Assembly (NCBI GenBank): GCA_964016885.1
Contig: OZ024745.1
Coordinates: forward strand, 87,110,001 to 87,174,000
Length of the DNA stretch: 64,000 nucleotides
Reading direction: 5' to 3'
Origin: Eledone cirrhosa
Lineage: Eukaryota
Numbering within the stretch: the stretch's first letter is position 1; every line of letters starts with the position of its first letter. Of this stretch, positions 28,186 through 44,162 are shown in pieces. The translations under genes were made by a program, and so were the position numbers. The notes under the pieces are model-generated. The model saw only the letters and a list, made by a program, of their open reading frames with translations. It made no database searches and was not told where the DNA came from.

Positions 28186-29890
28186 AATTAAGTTAAAGAT
28201 GTACATCCATATATGTATACTGAAATACTAGTATGTATATGAATACACACACGTATACATATGTAGATGTACCAAGTTTTTTCACTGGTCACTTTACTGT
28301 GAGTGGCCAGCTATTCTGTATGTAAACACACAGACAAACCGGTTTTTAGAGTCATACTGGTTTTTGAGGAAACACCTTTCCTCTATTCTCCAGAAAGCCA
28401 GACAAGGAATATTGAACTAGTTTCGTTGTTGTTACAACTCATCAGCAATATTTACCTATCTTCCGGCCTTTCTAGAGAATCGTAAAAGCACATATCGTTA
28501 TATGCTTTTTCTATGAAAATTAGTAGTGGGCAGACTAATTTGCATAGAGTGTGAGTAAGTACCGGTTCAACGGAGACGATAAAAACAAATAACGAAACGA
28601 AATTAAATTTCGTTTCGTTTGTAACTCACTTTTGTATGACTGACGCTTAAACAATTAAGTTAAAGATGTACATCCATATATGTATACTGAAATACTAGTA
28701 TGTATATGAATACACACACGTATACATATGTAGATGTACCAAGTTTTTTCACTGGTCACTTTACTGTGAGTGGCCAGCTATTCTGTATGTAAACACACAG
28801 ACAAACCGGTTTTTAGAGTCATACTGGTTTTTGAGGAAACACCTTTCCTCTATTCTCCAGAAAGCCAGACAAGGAATATTGAACTAGTTTCGTTGTTGTT
28901 ACAACTCATCAGCAATATTTACCTATCTTCCGGCCTTTCTAGAGAATCGTAAAAGCACATATCGTTATATGCTTTTTCTATGAAAATTAGTAGTGGGCAG
29001 ACTAATTTGCATAGAGTGTGAGTAAGTACCGGTTCAACGGAGACGATAAAAACAATTAACGAAACGAAATTAAATTTCGTTTCGTTTGTAACTCACTTTT
29101 GTATGACTGACGCTTAAACAATTAAGTTAAAGATGTACATCCATATATGTATACTGAAATACTAGTATGTATATGAATACACACACGTATACATATGTAG
29201 AGGTACCAAGTTTTTTCACTGGTCACTTTACTGTGAGTGGCCAGCTATTCTGTATGTAAACACACAGACAAACCGGTTTTTAGAGTCATACTGGTTTTTG
29301 AGGAAACACCTTTCCTCTATTCTCCAGAAAGCCAGACAAGGAATATTGAACTAGTTTCGTTGTTGTTACAACTCATCAGCAATATTTACCTATCTTTAAT
29401 TTCGTTTCGTTATTTGTTTTTATCGTCTCTGTTGAACCGGTACTTACTCACAATCTATGCAAATTAGTCTGCCCACTACTAATTTTCATAGAAAAAGCAT
29501 ATAACGATATGTGCTTTTACGATTCTCTAGAAAGGCCGGAAGATAGGTAAATATTGCTGATGAGTTGTAACAACAACGAAACTAGTTCAATATTCCTTGT
29601 CTGGCTTTCTGGAGAATAGAGGAAAGGTGTTTCCTCAAAAACCAGTATGACTCTAAAAACCGGTTTGTCTGTGTGTTTACATACAGAATAGCTGGCCACT
29701 CACAGAAAAGTGACCAGTGAAAAAACTTGGTACATCTACATATGTATACGTGTGTGTATTCATATACATACTAGTATTTCAGTATACATATATGGATGTA
29801 CATCTTTAACTTAATTGTTTAAGCGTCAGTCATACAAAAGTGAGTTACAAACGAAACGAAATTTAATTTCGTTTCGTTATTTGTTTTTAT
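28186..29890. repeat. 467-bp tandem array (~2.6 units, +) followed by an inverted unit (29396-29890)
   Basis: Same ORF at 28303, 28770, 29237 (+) and 29517..29699 (-); internal hairpin aacgaaacgaaatt-a-aatttcgtttcgtt. Confidence 0.92.
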
Positions 29891-29963
29891 AATATAATAT
29901 ATATATATATAATACAATATGTAGATATATAATATAATATATATATATATATATAATATATAT

Positions 29964-30016
<53 letters not shown>

Positions 30017-30096
30017 ATATATATATATATATAATATATATATATGTAATATATAATATATATATATATAATATATATATATAATATAATATATAT

Positions 30097-30346
30097 ATAG
30101 TTATGTAATAAACAACATGAGGCAATTATTTCATTTCCCAGTGGTTTCTTGAAAGCAAACAAATTTTGCTTTCAATCATTAGAATTAAAAAATTCTGGGG
30201 TATTTATTGACATTGGATTTTAAAAATCCAATGTCAATAAATACACCAAAATTTTTTCATTGTGATGATTGAAAGCAAAATTTGTTTGCTTTCGAGAAAC
30301 CACGGGTAAATGAAATAATTTCCTTATGTTGTTTATTACATAACTA
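30097..30346. repeat. Foldback element with divergent degenerate hammerheads (30129-30189 -, 30255-30315 +)
   Basis: UUUCAUU-GUGAUGA-UUGAAAGCAAA/UUUGCUUUCGA-GAAA-CC(ACG)GG-UA-AAUGAAA. The other arm has a CUAAUGA core, giving consensus CUGAUGA. Confidence 0.7.
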
Positions 30347-30524
30347 TTAAGCTCTGTAACCTACATAGAGCAATCTTTTTTCCTGGACCTTTCCGACGGA
30401 ATTACTTAATTATATATATATATATAATATATATAATATAATATATATATATATAATATATCTACATATATATATATAATATATATATATATATATAATA
30501 TAATATATATATATATATAATATA

Positions 30525-30555
<31 letters not shown>

Positions 30556-30739
30556 TATATATATATTATATATATATATATTATATTATATATATATATA
30601 GATATATATATTATATTATATATATATATATATATATAATATTATATATATATATATAATATATATATATATATAGGAAAAAGTATGACCCCGACGGCAG
30701 AGATCAAGCTGTTTCGACGGCTATTTCTGGACTCCTTTG

Positions 30740-30819
<80 letters not shown>

Positions 30820-30853
30820 AATATATATATTATATATATATATATATTATATA

Positions 30854-30891
<38 letters not shown>

Positions 30892-30915
30892 TATATATTA
30901 TATATATATTATATA

Positions 30916-30959
<44 letters not shown>

Positions 30960-31100
30960 TATATATTATATATATATTATATTATACATATTATATTATA
31001 TATATAAATATATTATACATATATATATATTACATTATATATATTATATTATATATATATATATATATATATTATACATATATATATTATATATATATAT

Positions 31101-31139
<39 letters not shown>

Positions 31140-31168
31140 GCATATATATATATATATATATATTATAT

Positions 31169-31200
<32 letters not shown>

Positions 31201-31302
31201 ATATATATTATATTATATATATATATAATATTATATATATATAAATATTATGTTATATATATATATATATTATATATATATATACTTTATATATATGTTA
31301 TA

Positions 31303-31485
31303 TGGATTGGCAGTATCGTTAGAGGGTCGGACACCATGCTTTGCAGCAAAGAGCTACGGCCCTTTATGATCTGAGTTCAAATCCCGCCGAGGTTAATTTG
31401 CCTTTCATCCTTACTGGGTCGATAAAATAATGTACCAGTAATGTACTGGTTAATTGCTGGCCTTGTGCCAAATGTAGAAACAATT
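31303..31485 (+). mobile_element. Octopus-type SINE
   Basis: Consensus match. Confidence 0.9.
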
Positions 31486-31499
31486 ATATTATATATATA

Positions 31500-33995
31500 G
31501 TGATAACTTTTATTAAGCCGGCTTTACAGGGGCTCTAACACCACTGCTATAGATAGTTAGCAATTAGCTAATGCTCTCTTACAATGACAGGTTAATAAGT
31601 TGAGAACAAAAATACTAAAATACTACTACAAAAATTCTAATACAAAATATTAATACAAAAATACTAATACAAAAATACCACTAATAATTTAAAAACCACA
31701 GAAATTGAGCAGCAACGAGAAATAAAAAAAATTTACTGGGGTCTAACACATCTGCTATAAAAAGTGTAATCGGTCAATTCTATCTTAAAATTGGGGGGGG
31801 GGGGCGTACTGAGGCTACAGAGGACCGAAGGGCTGCATCGGGGTAGGGGAAAGGTGAAAAAAAGACGAGGAATGAGATCTGGGGTGGAAGGACTAGGAAG
31901 AGATGGGGGGAAGAAGGAAACATAGAGGAAAAGATAAAAAAGTTACGTCTACCTTTGTAAGCAGGGTTTACCTTTTACACAATCGGCAAGTGGGGGGTTT
32001 TAGCCCTTGTCTATGCCCCGGGTCATTATGGGGTTTGAGGGCGAAGTAAGTCCTACGCAATCTGTGTTTGCATGCGGTTACCAGTTCGTCTTGTCTAGGA
32101 GTTCGTCCTTCGAAAACAGCATTTGTAATGTTTCCTCCGAGCATAAGTTACACGGACGGCCTCCTCCCGTGTAAGAGTTAGCTCTGGACAGTAAGCTCCA
32201 AGTCAGATTGTAGGTTATATTATTATCTTTGAGGTCTCAGATGTGGCCCGAAAGTGTAGTGCCATGTCGCCGGGCCGGGTTTCGGAAAGTATGTCGGTGT
32301 TGGTAGAGCCGGGTCTTGAAGTCACAAGCGGTTAATCCTATATAAGCTTTGTTGGAGGTGTCCGTCCTCACGTTGCACTGGTAGATCACATTACGATCTC
32401 GGCATCTGTTGTTGAGGGGGCACATGGATCTATCAGGACGGTTACACCTCCTGATCGGCTCTCCACTGGTGTTTAGGTTATTTCTTCCATAGGGGTTGAG
32501 TTTCTTGTTAGAGGAGACGATGTTTTGTGCGAAGTTAGGTGTGGTGCTGTAGGAGAGTTTGATGGTGTTTTTGTTGATTATGTTGTGGTAGCGGTGTTGT
32601 AGTGGGAAGTGTTTTTCTAGGAGCCTAAAGAAGATTTTCCCGATAGGTGTTTTCACCTCGGCATTGTGGGTAGGATTGAACTACGCTACGTTGCGTGAGC
32701 GGTGGTGTCGCCTGCTGGTTCCGCTAATGGAAGCTGGATAATAGGATATTTCCTCCCGGAAGCCACTCCGCTTGAGGGCCTGGTTGTAATAAGGCGCATG
32801 TTCGTCGAATATCTGCTCATTAGCGGACAAACGAGATAAGCGGAGCGAGATGTTTTTAACCAGGTTATTGGTGATGTTTCTAGGATGGTTCGAGCGGCAG
32901 TGGATGAAATGCAGTTTGTCGTTTGGTTTCCTGTATGGGTAGTACAGATCATTATCAAGCTTAAGGGTAACGTCCAGGAAGATTACTCGGGTTAGAGACG
33001 TTTGTAGGGTTATTTTAAATCCCCAGTCCCGGAAGAAGCTGATTAATTGTTTACGGACCCGGTCTGTACTACTGGGGTTGTATCCTTTGAGGGTGAGGAG
33101 CCCATCATCGCGGAACAATCCACCGCCGAGTGCGGGAAACATTTCGGTGAGTTTAAATAGTAGGAATAATCCTATAAGATCTGTGACCTCAGCCGAATCC
33201 GTCGCGCTCATACTGAGGTCGAAGGGGGAGTCAGAAGCTCTCTTCATTCATTTGGAGTTGGCGAAAAGTAGGACTGTTTTCCTGGCGTGGAGGATGATAT
33301 TTCTTTCCTAGTCACTGATGGGCGTGAGTGTTTCGCCAAAGTCCAAGGCGGCTGAAAGGAGCGGTAAGGTAATTGATGCATAGTAACTCTCTATGTTAAT
33401 TTTGATGAATTTTGTGTCTCATTTGTCCTCCATATTGCTGAACCATGAGATTACTTCCTGGGTGTTGACCCATAGGCTCAGTCTCGCGTTTTACTTAACA
33501 TTTGGTATAACGCGGTCTAGGTTTCTTTTACTGATTCTCCCTATGTCCGACTTCGTTGGGTTTATAAGCCTGATGGATGGTTTGCGGTCGAAGTCGAATT
33601 TGTGGTCCTTCAGTGTGAAGTAGTGAGTCCGTGGGTCTAGGGGTTCTGTGCGGTCGGCGACATCGAGGCTGGAGGTAATTTGTTGTCCATCTCGATTTAT
33701 GTCCTCGATACTTGAATGGTTAGCCTTTTTATAAGTGGAGTTTGGGCTGCTCCTGATCAGTGTGTGGTATTTGTCGCGGTTGACGAAATAGAGATTTTCA
33801 GTTTTGTCCGAGTGCACCATGATGTCGTTGGTGTTTTCATACTCTGTTAATTTACTACGGAGTTTTTGTAGGAATCTGTTGTGTCTGGGTTTGAATTTAA
33901 TGCTCTTGACCAGTTGTAAAAGCTCGTTCTCGAGGGGTGAGAGCATAGGGTTCGGAGGGGGAGATTTGTAGGTATTAAATCCGAATCTATCCTTG
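31500..33995 (-). mobile_element. Near full-length decayed Penelope-like (Naiad-like) element
   Basis: ENELLQLVKSIKF, HSDKTENLY, TLKDHK...RLINPTKSDIG, FDLSM...GGLFRDDGL, FLDVTL, SNHP, CPLNNRC-VIYQC-AYIG; stops and frameshifts. Confidence 0.93.
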
Positions 33996-33997
33996 GT

Positions 33998-35135
33998 ATC
34001 AAGATAATAATATAACCTACAATCTCACTTGGAGCATACTGTCCAGAGCTAACTCTTACACTGGAGGACGCCATCCGTGTAACTTATGCTCGGGGCAAAC
34101 ATTACAAATGCTGTTTTCGAAGGACCAACTCCTAAATAAGAAAGACGAACTGGTAACCGCATGCAAACACAGATTGTGTAGGACTTACCTCGCCCCCAAA
34201 CAACCCCATAATAACTCGGGGAGTAGACAAGAGCTGATACCCCCACTTGCCGATTTTGTAAGGGCTAACCCCTGCTTACAAAGGTAGACGTAACTTTTTT
34301 TATCTTTTCCTCTATGTTTCCTTCTGCCCCCATCTCTTCCTAGTCCTTCCACCCCAGATCTCCTTCCTCGTCTTTTTTTCACCTTTCGCCTACCTCGATG
34401 CAGCCCATCGGTCCTCTGTAGCCTCAGTACGCCTCCCCTCCTAATTTTAAGATAGATTGGCCGATTACGCTTTTTATAGCAGTGGTGTTAGACCCCCTGT
34501 AAAGCCAGCTTTATAAAATTCTTTCACTACAATCTTGCATTTAGTATTTTTCCCATTCTCCACCTATTAAACTTTTCTATAGCTTAGCAATACCAATGAG
34601 AAATTTGGTGATTGTGGAAATGTAGTAACAAGAAATTGTTTTTTTTTATATATTTATTTCCTTATTTTTATAATGTTTTTTTTACTCCCTTTCGATTTAC
34701 CTATTCTTTCACCCCCCCTCCACTTCTCCAGTACACTTTTTTCGACCTTTTATACACTATCCTTAGAATCTGCTGTATAGATTTCACTTTCAACGCTTGA
34801 CTGGGTTTCCCCCACTCCCTCGTTGTTCTACCGGCAAGTTCAGCCACCCCTACCTCCCACCAAATGGCATGATAGATTCATCTGTCTTTACAACAACTTT
34901 TTTTCCAATCCTTTTGACAATTACTATCTTCCCATATAAGGAAATACCCTCTGAGAAGTTCGGATATTTATTTAACAGGCTAAAGATTCTTATTTAGTCC
35001 AGAAATAGCCGTCGAAACGGCTTGAGCTTTGCCGTCGGAGTCATACTTGTTCCTATTACCCACTCTACTACCATAAGTATTGAGTACTTTGGTGCGTTAT
35101 GGTCCATCTGGTTCCTTACCAGAATTCCTTCGTTA
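33998..35135 (+). repeat. Inverted copy of the element's 3' end and tail, extending into a pLTR with a hammerhead-like motif at 34946-35041
   Basis: 33998-34520 mirrors 31500-32233. ACCCU-CUGAGAA-[long stem II]-GAAA-CGGC(9)GCCG-UC-GGAGU; 3' halves also at 30686-30735 (-) and ~43345-43380. Confidence 0.75.
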
Positions 35136-35669
35136 TATTATAATATATATGTATATATATTATATTATATATATATATATTTTTATCATATATATATATC
35201 TTATATTATATATATATATATATTATATTATATATCATAAATCATGTCCTTAGAATTATTAGATAAAATATATACCATTTCCTCTCCCAATTAGCATAAT
35301 TAACCATATAAAAAATCAATTAGACCAAGCTATAAAAAGAAAGGCTCTTATGAAGAAATCTCCGACAAATAACCGAAAGTGGCCTCTTCGCGGTGGCCCC
35401 AATAGAGTATTTATCCAACATTTCGACAGCATGTAGAAACTGACTAAATATATCATCAACCATACACAATTAGGTGTAAATTCAAACTTAGAAGAAATGT
35501 GTACATACCGTAATTATATCTCTACTATGGTTTCATCCGTATTTTTAGACATCCAATTAATAGGAATGTCTTGAGTTAGGATTCATCAGGAGACAAACTC
35601 AAAATTAGACATTTAGTTTTCCAACGTTATATTATATATAACGTTTTCCAATATTATATATATATATAT

Positions 35670-35734
<65 letters not shown>

Positions 35735-35804
35735 TATATATATATACATATTATATTATGTATATATATATATATATATATATATTATATTATATATATA
35801 TAAC

Positions 35805-36398
35805 GTTAACCATAGGCAGATCTCACACAATGCAGCCTCGACAGATGAATACTGCTTGATTTTGGCTGACAACTGATGCAAGCAAGACACCATAGTGAAA
35901 AACCAATATATGGAACATTATATTATGTAACATTCTCTCATTATTTTAATTTATATTCCTTTGAAGTTCCGATGAGCCGGTCTGTTTTTTAAATATGTTA
36001 ATTATTTTCAACTGAACCAGATCAATTATGATATATAGTCATCTGATCCAGAAATATTATATGGAGTAACGAAACAATTGTAAACGGACATTATTATTAT
36101 TAATATTATTATTATTATTTTCTACATTCCTTACATCAAAGTAAAATATGTTGACAATCTTTTAATAATGTCTAACTTGTGAAATTTGTGGTCTTGTTTT
36201 GCTTAACTAATGAATATTTCCAGCTCTGCGCACCTAACTTCTGCATGAACCCACCCACCTAGGTGCTTTCTAGTGCATATTGCACATTGAGCACATGCCT
36301 TTACGCTTTGGCTTCTAACTAATTCACCAATCTCTCCTCTCATATCTCCTCTCCTATCTCCATCTCTCTCTTTAAGATTGGAAGATTGGATACTCTTG

Positions 36399-36400
<2 letters not shown>
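35805..36400 (+). repeat. SINE-free copy of the 1680-2470 repeat, with hammerhead-like motif 35966-36085
   Basis: Collinear with the first copy; empty TAT-rich site at ~36090-36120. Confidence 0.8.
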
Positions 36401-36876
<476 letters not shown>

Positions 36877-36946
36877 TATTATATATATATATATTATATT
36901 ATATTATATTATATATATATATATTATATTATATTATATATATATA

Positions 36947-36992
<46 letters not shown>

Positions 36993-37064
36993 TATTATAT
37001 GTAAATATATATATTATATTATATGATATTATATTATATTATATTATATATATCTATCTATCTA

Positions 37065-38622
<1,558 letters not shown>

Positions 38623-38823
38623 TATATATATATCATTTCTGAAGACAGCATGTATATGTGATGGTATGTATATTTCCTCTGATAATTTGTAATATTTTTA
38701 CATAGATCTATATGAAGATACATACCAACACACATATACATCCTAGAAACGATCGTAAAACGACGAATTTTTTAATATAAGGAACTTGTTCTTTGTTTTT
38801 ATTTCCTTATTTTTATTAATTTA

Positions 38824-38861
<38 letters not shown>

Positions 38862-38909
38862 TATATACATATATATATTATATTATATACATATATATAT
38901 ATATTATAT

Positions 38910-38941
<32 letters not shown>

Positions 38942-38968
38942 ATATATATTAGATTTATATATATATAT

Positions 38969-39018
<50 letters not shown>

Positions 39019-39203
39019 TTATATATACATATTATATTATATATATATGGAGATTATCAAATATAAATATATGGACGATTATCAAATATAAAGATTTACA
39101 TATACATAACCTAGACAAAGTCATAGATATATGTGTGTTTTGGGCGACCATTCATGATGTGGCTCAATGACGAATTAATTAATTAAATAATCAACAATAT
39201 ATA

Positions 39204-39292
<89 letters not shown>

Positions 39293-39667
39293 CGTGTGTC
39301 TGTGTGACTCTATACGTTCTGTAACCCCATTATGAAATGTCTTGTATTGAATATGGGAGGCTCCAGTGGCAAATAAATGAAAGTATTATTATCGTCATCA
39401 TCATCATCTTTATACTGTGGGACGGTAAAATCTATAGAAAGGTGAAGTAAATACCTTACGGTATTTACTTCATAACATAAATCCATTTATTTTCTAAGTT
39501 TAAATGCTATTGATGTTGACTTTGTGTCTGAATTTTCCGTACCTGGAACATAAAATACTATTTTAGTACTAACATAAATTAAATTGACCGTGGTCTCTAT
39601 AAATTTGGATCCTTGTACCTGTTTTATAAATCATTATCAATGTTCTTGTCCTTCTTGTTATTACTAG

Positions 39668-39847
39668 GTGTATCTTCCCCACGAACTGTGGGGGTGTTCG
39701 GCAATCCCTTACCAAGTGCACGGTTAGTCAGCACTACTATTCATGAAGCAGACTCTGAAAATACACGCAACCCTTTTGTTTCTCATATGGTAATGCAATG
39801 GGGACAATTCATTGCTCATGATATTACCAATACACCTGTTGACACAG
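39668..39847 (+). CDS. Animal heme peroxidase exon A (distal His)
   Basis: tag|...|gtaagt, phase 1-1; GVSSPRTVGVFGNPLPSARLVSTTIH...SHMVMQWGQFIAHDITNTP. Confidence 0.93.
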
Positions 39848-40170
39848 GTAAGTAGAGCTTAGGATTATATTATGCGATGTATCTATTGTATCTTGTGTGT
39901 GAAACATATTCTGTAACCATTGAGAGTTTGTACCAGTGGTGTACGTGATTCAGTCAGAATGAAAGGAAACTCTGGTTCTCCGTAATCACTACCCACTGAA
40001 AGAGTTACCTCACAAAATACACTGTGGATTGTTTCTTTTATTTTGACATCCAAGTGAATCCTAATGGTGTACATTCACATAGGATGGATTTAGGGGGATT
40101 TAGTTGCTTACTGTTGTTGGGTTAAGTTAATATTTAGAGGTGCTGTAGTTGCCTCTTTAACTGCAAGTTG

Positions 40171-40216
<46 letters not shown>

Positions 40217-41253
40217 CAACTTGCAGCTAAAGAGGCAACTAGAGCACCTCTAAAAATATATACAAACCGTAGAGCAAATATTTATTAAAATAACAGATTA
40301 AAGTTTAAGCAAAGAATCGCCGGGATCATCTCAGAATATCCCGTTAGGGGTGAAAACAGCGATTCTTTGCTTAAACTTTAATCTTTTATTTTAATATATA
40401 TATATATATATATATATACCTGATTATTGTCGGTATGAGCGTCTGAGTTAAGAGAGATCCACAAAATAAAGAGGTTCTGTCAGGAGGATGACAACCATAA
40501 TGTCGTGGGTACAGATACGGGATTAAAATTGAAATTAAATGTATCAACGCAGAATAGAAGCCGTGTTACAGATTAAGCTTGCTGTAAACTTTCCACCATT
40601 CCTCAAATATATACTTACTACAAGGAAGCATCTAACCTTTGATAGTATGTGTGTGTTTACTCTATATACCATTTCAATTTCAGAGTTTGTTTGCTCATAA
40701 TTAAATCTTGTATTAAATAAAAAATAATATTTCGTTAATTAAATTAATTACGTTTAAGAATTAGTAAATAAATTATTGTGCCTTAATTAATTTAAAATGT
40801 TTTACGTGATTATTTAATGGTAATTTAAAGAATAATTTTACATATTGATTTTATTCTTGTTAATTCAATTCTGAGTTGGCAGAAACGGTGGAGCACCGAA
40901 ATATCTTACAAAAACTTAGATTTGTTTTAATAAGTGCAAATCCGGCCGGGGTCAAATTTGCTTTGGTTCTTTCGAAACCTATACCTAAATATCATTAATG
41001 TTTATGTAACATCTTAAGACAAGGATAAGTATTCGAGACCATCAACGTTTAATACAAAATGCTGTATATTCATAAACAGTGTCTTCTAGTCAAAAACATA
41101 CAGAATTCTCTCCATTTAACAGACGGTCGAAATGTAAATATTTTTATGATGTATATTTGTTACATTTCTGTAACTCCAAAGCTTTTTTAAGATAGTAAAT
41201 AGAAACTTATCTTATATATTATTTTCATTTAATTCAATTTAATTTCACTTTAG

Positions 41254-41338
41254 GTTTTCAACATTCCGACATATCTTGCTGTATTGATGACATTCCTGAG
41301 GATGTCCGAAAGCGTTTGGAAGTGGATCTTAGAAATAG
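41254..41338 (+). CDS. Heme peroxidase exon B
   Basis: tttag|...|gtaac, phase 1-2; GFQHSDISCCIDDIPEDVRKRLEVDLRN(R); in frame with exons A and C. Confidence 0.85.
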
Positions 41339-41750
41339 GTAACATTTTAGAATATTCAGTATTGGTTTATTTAGTTTACGAGTGTCAGATAATGAACAGT
41401 GAGGCTAGAGCCTATCGTGTAGATTTGAATTCTATTTCAGTTAATTTAAACCACTAAAAGTGATTTCCAGCTATTATCAATCGATTGAGATGGATTTCAC
41501 CAAGATGATGTGCTCTTGGTGTAGTATATAAATACAAAGGTTTTGTTGGTGACACACATGAAGGGTTATAAAAAGTCATAATTCAATGCATGAAGTGCAA
41601 GTCAGCGTAATGGATCTCCATAAATGATACTTAAGTTATACATATACATTTCTGTAAACTTTAGATAATATGTATATATAATACTTTTTATAATATAGCC
41701 ATACCCTACTACTCCAATTATCGAGTACCCTGTTGAGTAATGGTCTAACT

Positions 41751-41820
<70 letters not shown>

Positions 41821-41821
<1 letters not shown>

Positions 41822-42347
41822 AAATTGAGGTTGGTAATGGCACATGGAATATATAAGAGACAGAATACTTTTTTGTGAAAAAACATAATTTTATAAGGTA
41901 AGGAAATAATAGAGGGTATAAAAAATGACCGGTTTCGATGGGTCTGCTTCATTGACAGACCATGCCTTTGTGTGACCAACACATCCATGTTAAACCCTGC
42001 ACGTGCACACACATATATCTATATATATATGCGCACACAGAATTCACCACTGTCGGTTGCGGGGCCCAATCTACATGAAGAACTCAATGTGATCAGAATG
42101 ACTTGTATTTTAATTTCACTGCCCCAACTTCTTATATTATGGAAAAAATATGTGTCTGTATGTATATATATATATATATATATTTGAAGGCCATTTCTCT
42201 GTGTGTGGGTGTATGTATGTGTATATGTGTGTGTGTGTGTATGTGTGTGCATGTGGATGTATGTATTGTGTGTGCGCGTGTGTCTGTGTGTGTATGTATG
42301 TGGGTATCTGGATGTATGCGTATGTGTATATATATATATATATATGC

Positions 42348-42380
<33 letters not shown>

Positions 42381-42475
42381 TGTGTGTATGTGTGTATATA
42401 TATGTGTGTGTGTGTGTATGTTTGTATGTGTGTATGTATATATATATGTGTGTGTGTGTGTATGTATGTGTGGGG

Positions 42476-42529
<54 letters not shown>

Positions 42530-42532
42530 GTG

Positions 42533-42563
<31 letters not shown>

Positions 42564-42602
42564 ATGTATGTGTGTATCTGGATGTATGTGTATGTATATA
42601 TA

Positions 42603-42647
<45 letters not shown>

Positions 42648-42712
42648 ATGTGTATATATGTGTGTGTGTGTATGTGTGTATGTATATGTATGTGTGTGTG
42701 TATGTATGTGTG

Positions 42713-42749
<37 letters not shown>

Positions 42750-43275
42750 GTATATGTATGTATGTGTGGATGAAGGTATGTGTGTATATATAGGTGTAAG
42801 TGCACTAAATCCCTTTCTATCACGCTCCACTCTCCTACCCATCACAGGAAGATATGTGTATGTATATTGCTTCCACCCCCTCACTGACCAGCAGCTGGCC
42901 AGTTGGTGATTGCTAAATCTGACCTTTATAAAATAACCCACACCCCAAATAACTTCTCATTCACTACCAGAAAGGGACACAGCAGTCAACCTGTTGTTGC
43001 TACCTAGATGAAAACTGCTATGAAATCCCACAATGAATTTTATACTTGAATTTTCAAGTCTCAAATTTTAACTCTTCGTATTATTAATTTTTCTTAATAT
43101 TAATCAACATTTGAAAAGATGGCTTTTGCAGACCCATCGAAACCCGTCATTTTTTATACCCTTTATTATTTCCTTACCTTATAAAATTATGTTTTTTCAC
43201 AAAAAAGTATTCTGTCTCTTATATATTCCATGTGCCATTACCAACCTCAATTTTCTCTATAACCTTCGTTTTGTG
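41821..43275 (+). mobile_element. Intronic copy of the 5470-6790 hammerhead element with a short inverted 5' arm (41821-41948)
   Basis: Shared sequence including the UUGAAAA hammerhead at 43106-43153. Confidence 0.85.
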
Positions 43276-43289
43276 TAGAAAATTACACT

Positions 43290-43327
<38 letters not shown>

Positions 43328-43459
43328 GAACGTTCGGATCTGGCTGTCGAAACGGCCGGAGCTCAGCCGTTGGGGTCCTGACTCTTTTCCTATTACCCCC
43401 TCTACTACGGGTACTCTGGTGCATTATGGTCGACCTGGTTCCTTACCACACTCTCTTTG

Positions 43460-43564
<105 letters not shown>

Positions 43565-43654
43565 AGTAGTACACTGGAAGGTAATATCCGTAGTCGTAGA
43601 GCACTCCGTCCATGGGACGAGTTAGGTAGAAGTGGTTACACAACAGTTAGTTCA

Positions 43655-43704
43655 CCATACCGAGTACAATTGTTTCACCTTAGTGGATCCTCAGCTCGTA
43701 ATGG
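43655..43704 (-). ncRNA. Canonical minimal type I hammerhead ribozyme; mirror copy 43706-43755 (+) is damaged; both in palindrome 43627-43783
   Basis: CCAUUACGAG-CUGAGGA-U-CC(ACUAA)GG-U-GAAA-CAAUUG-UA-CUCGGUAUGG. Confidence 0.85.
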
Positions 43705-44162
43705 TCCATTACGAGCTGAGGATCCGCTAAGGTGAAACAATTGTTCGCGGTATGGTGAACTAACTGTTGTGTAACCACTTCTATATATATATATATATAT
43801 ATATAACGCACGCACTCACATACCTACACGTAAAAACACATATGTTCACCATACGTACATCCACCAAAACACAATATACACATATATACACCTTACATAC
43901 GTGCAAACACGATACACGCATACACCCTCGAACACAAATACACATAACCATATACACATATACAAGTATATATAATATATTATATACACCTATAACAAAT
44001 ACAAGGCTATATACGTACGAGAAAGTATACGTACCTTCACAAAACATACGGGTAAGGTATATTTACCTATAGAAATAATTAATGATATAAACATAAAATA
44101 TACTTAGCTACCACATCATGACGTAAATTATCCGCGTATTGTTCGTACTATCCGTTAGGGTA

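Noticed and set aside
32230-32240. In-frame TGA in the Naiad-like GIY-YIG region as possible selenocysteine
   Set aside because: It falls at a conserved Trp position (HI*DLK vs YIWSLK and KTWQLR). The CxC/CP/CxxC cysteines I read in the other copies are ordinary Cys codons.
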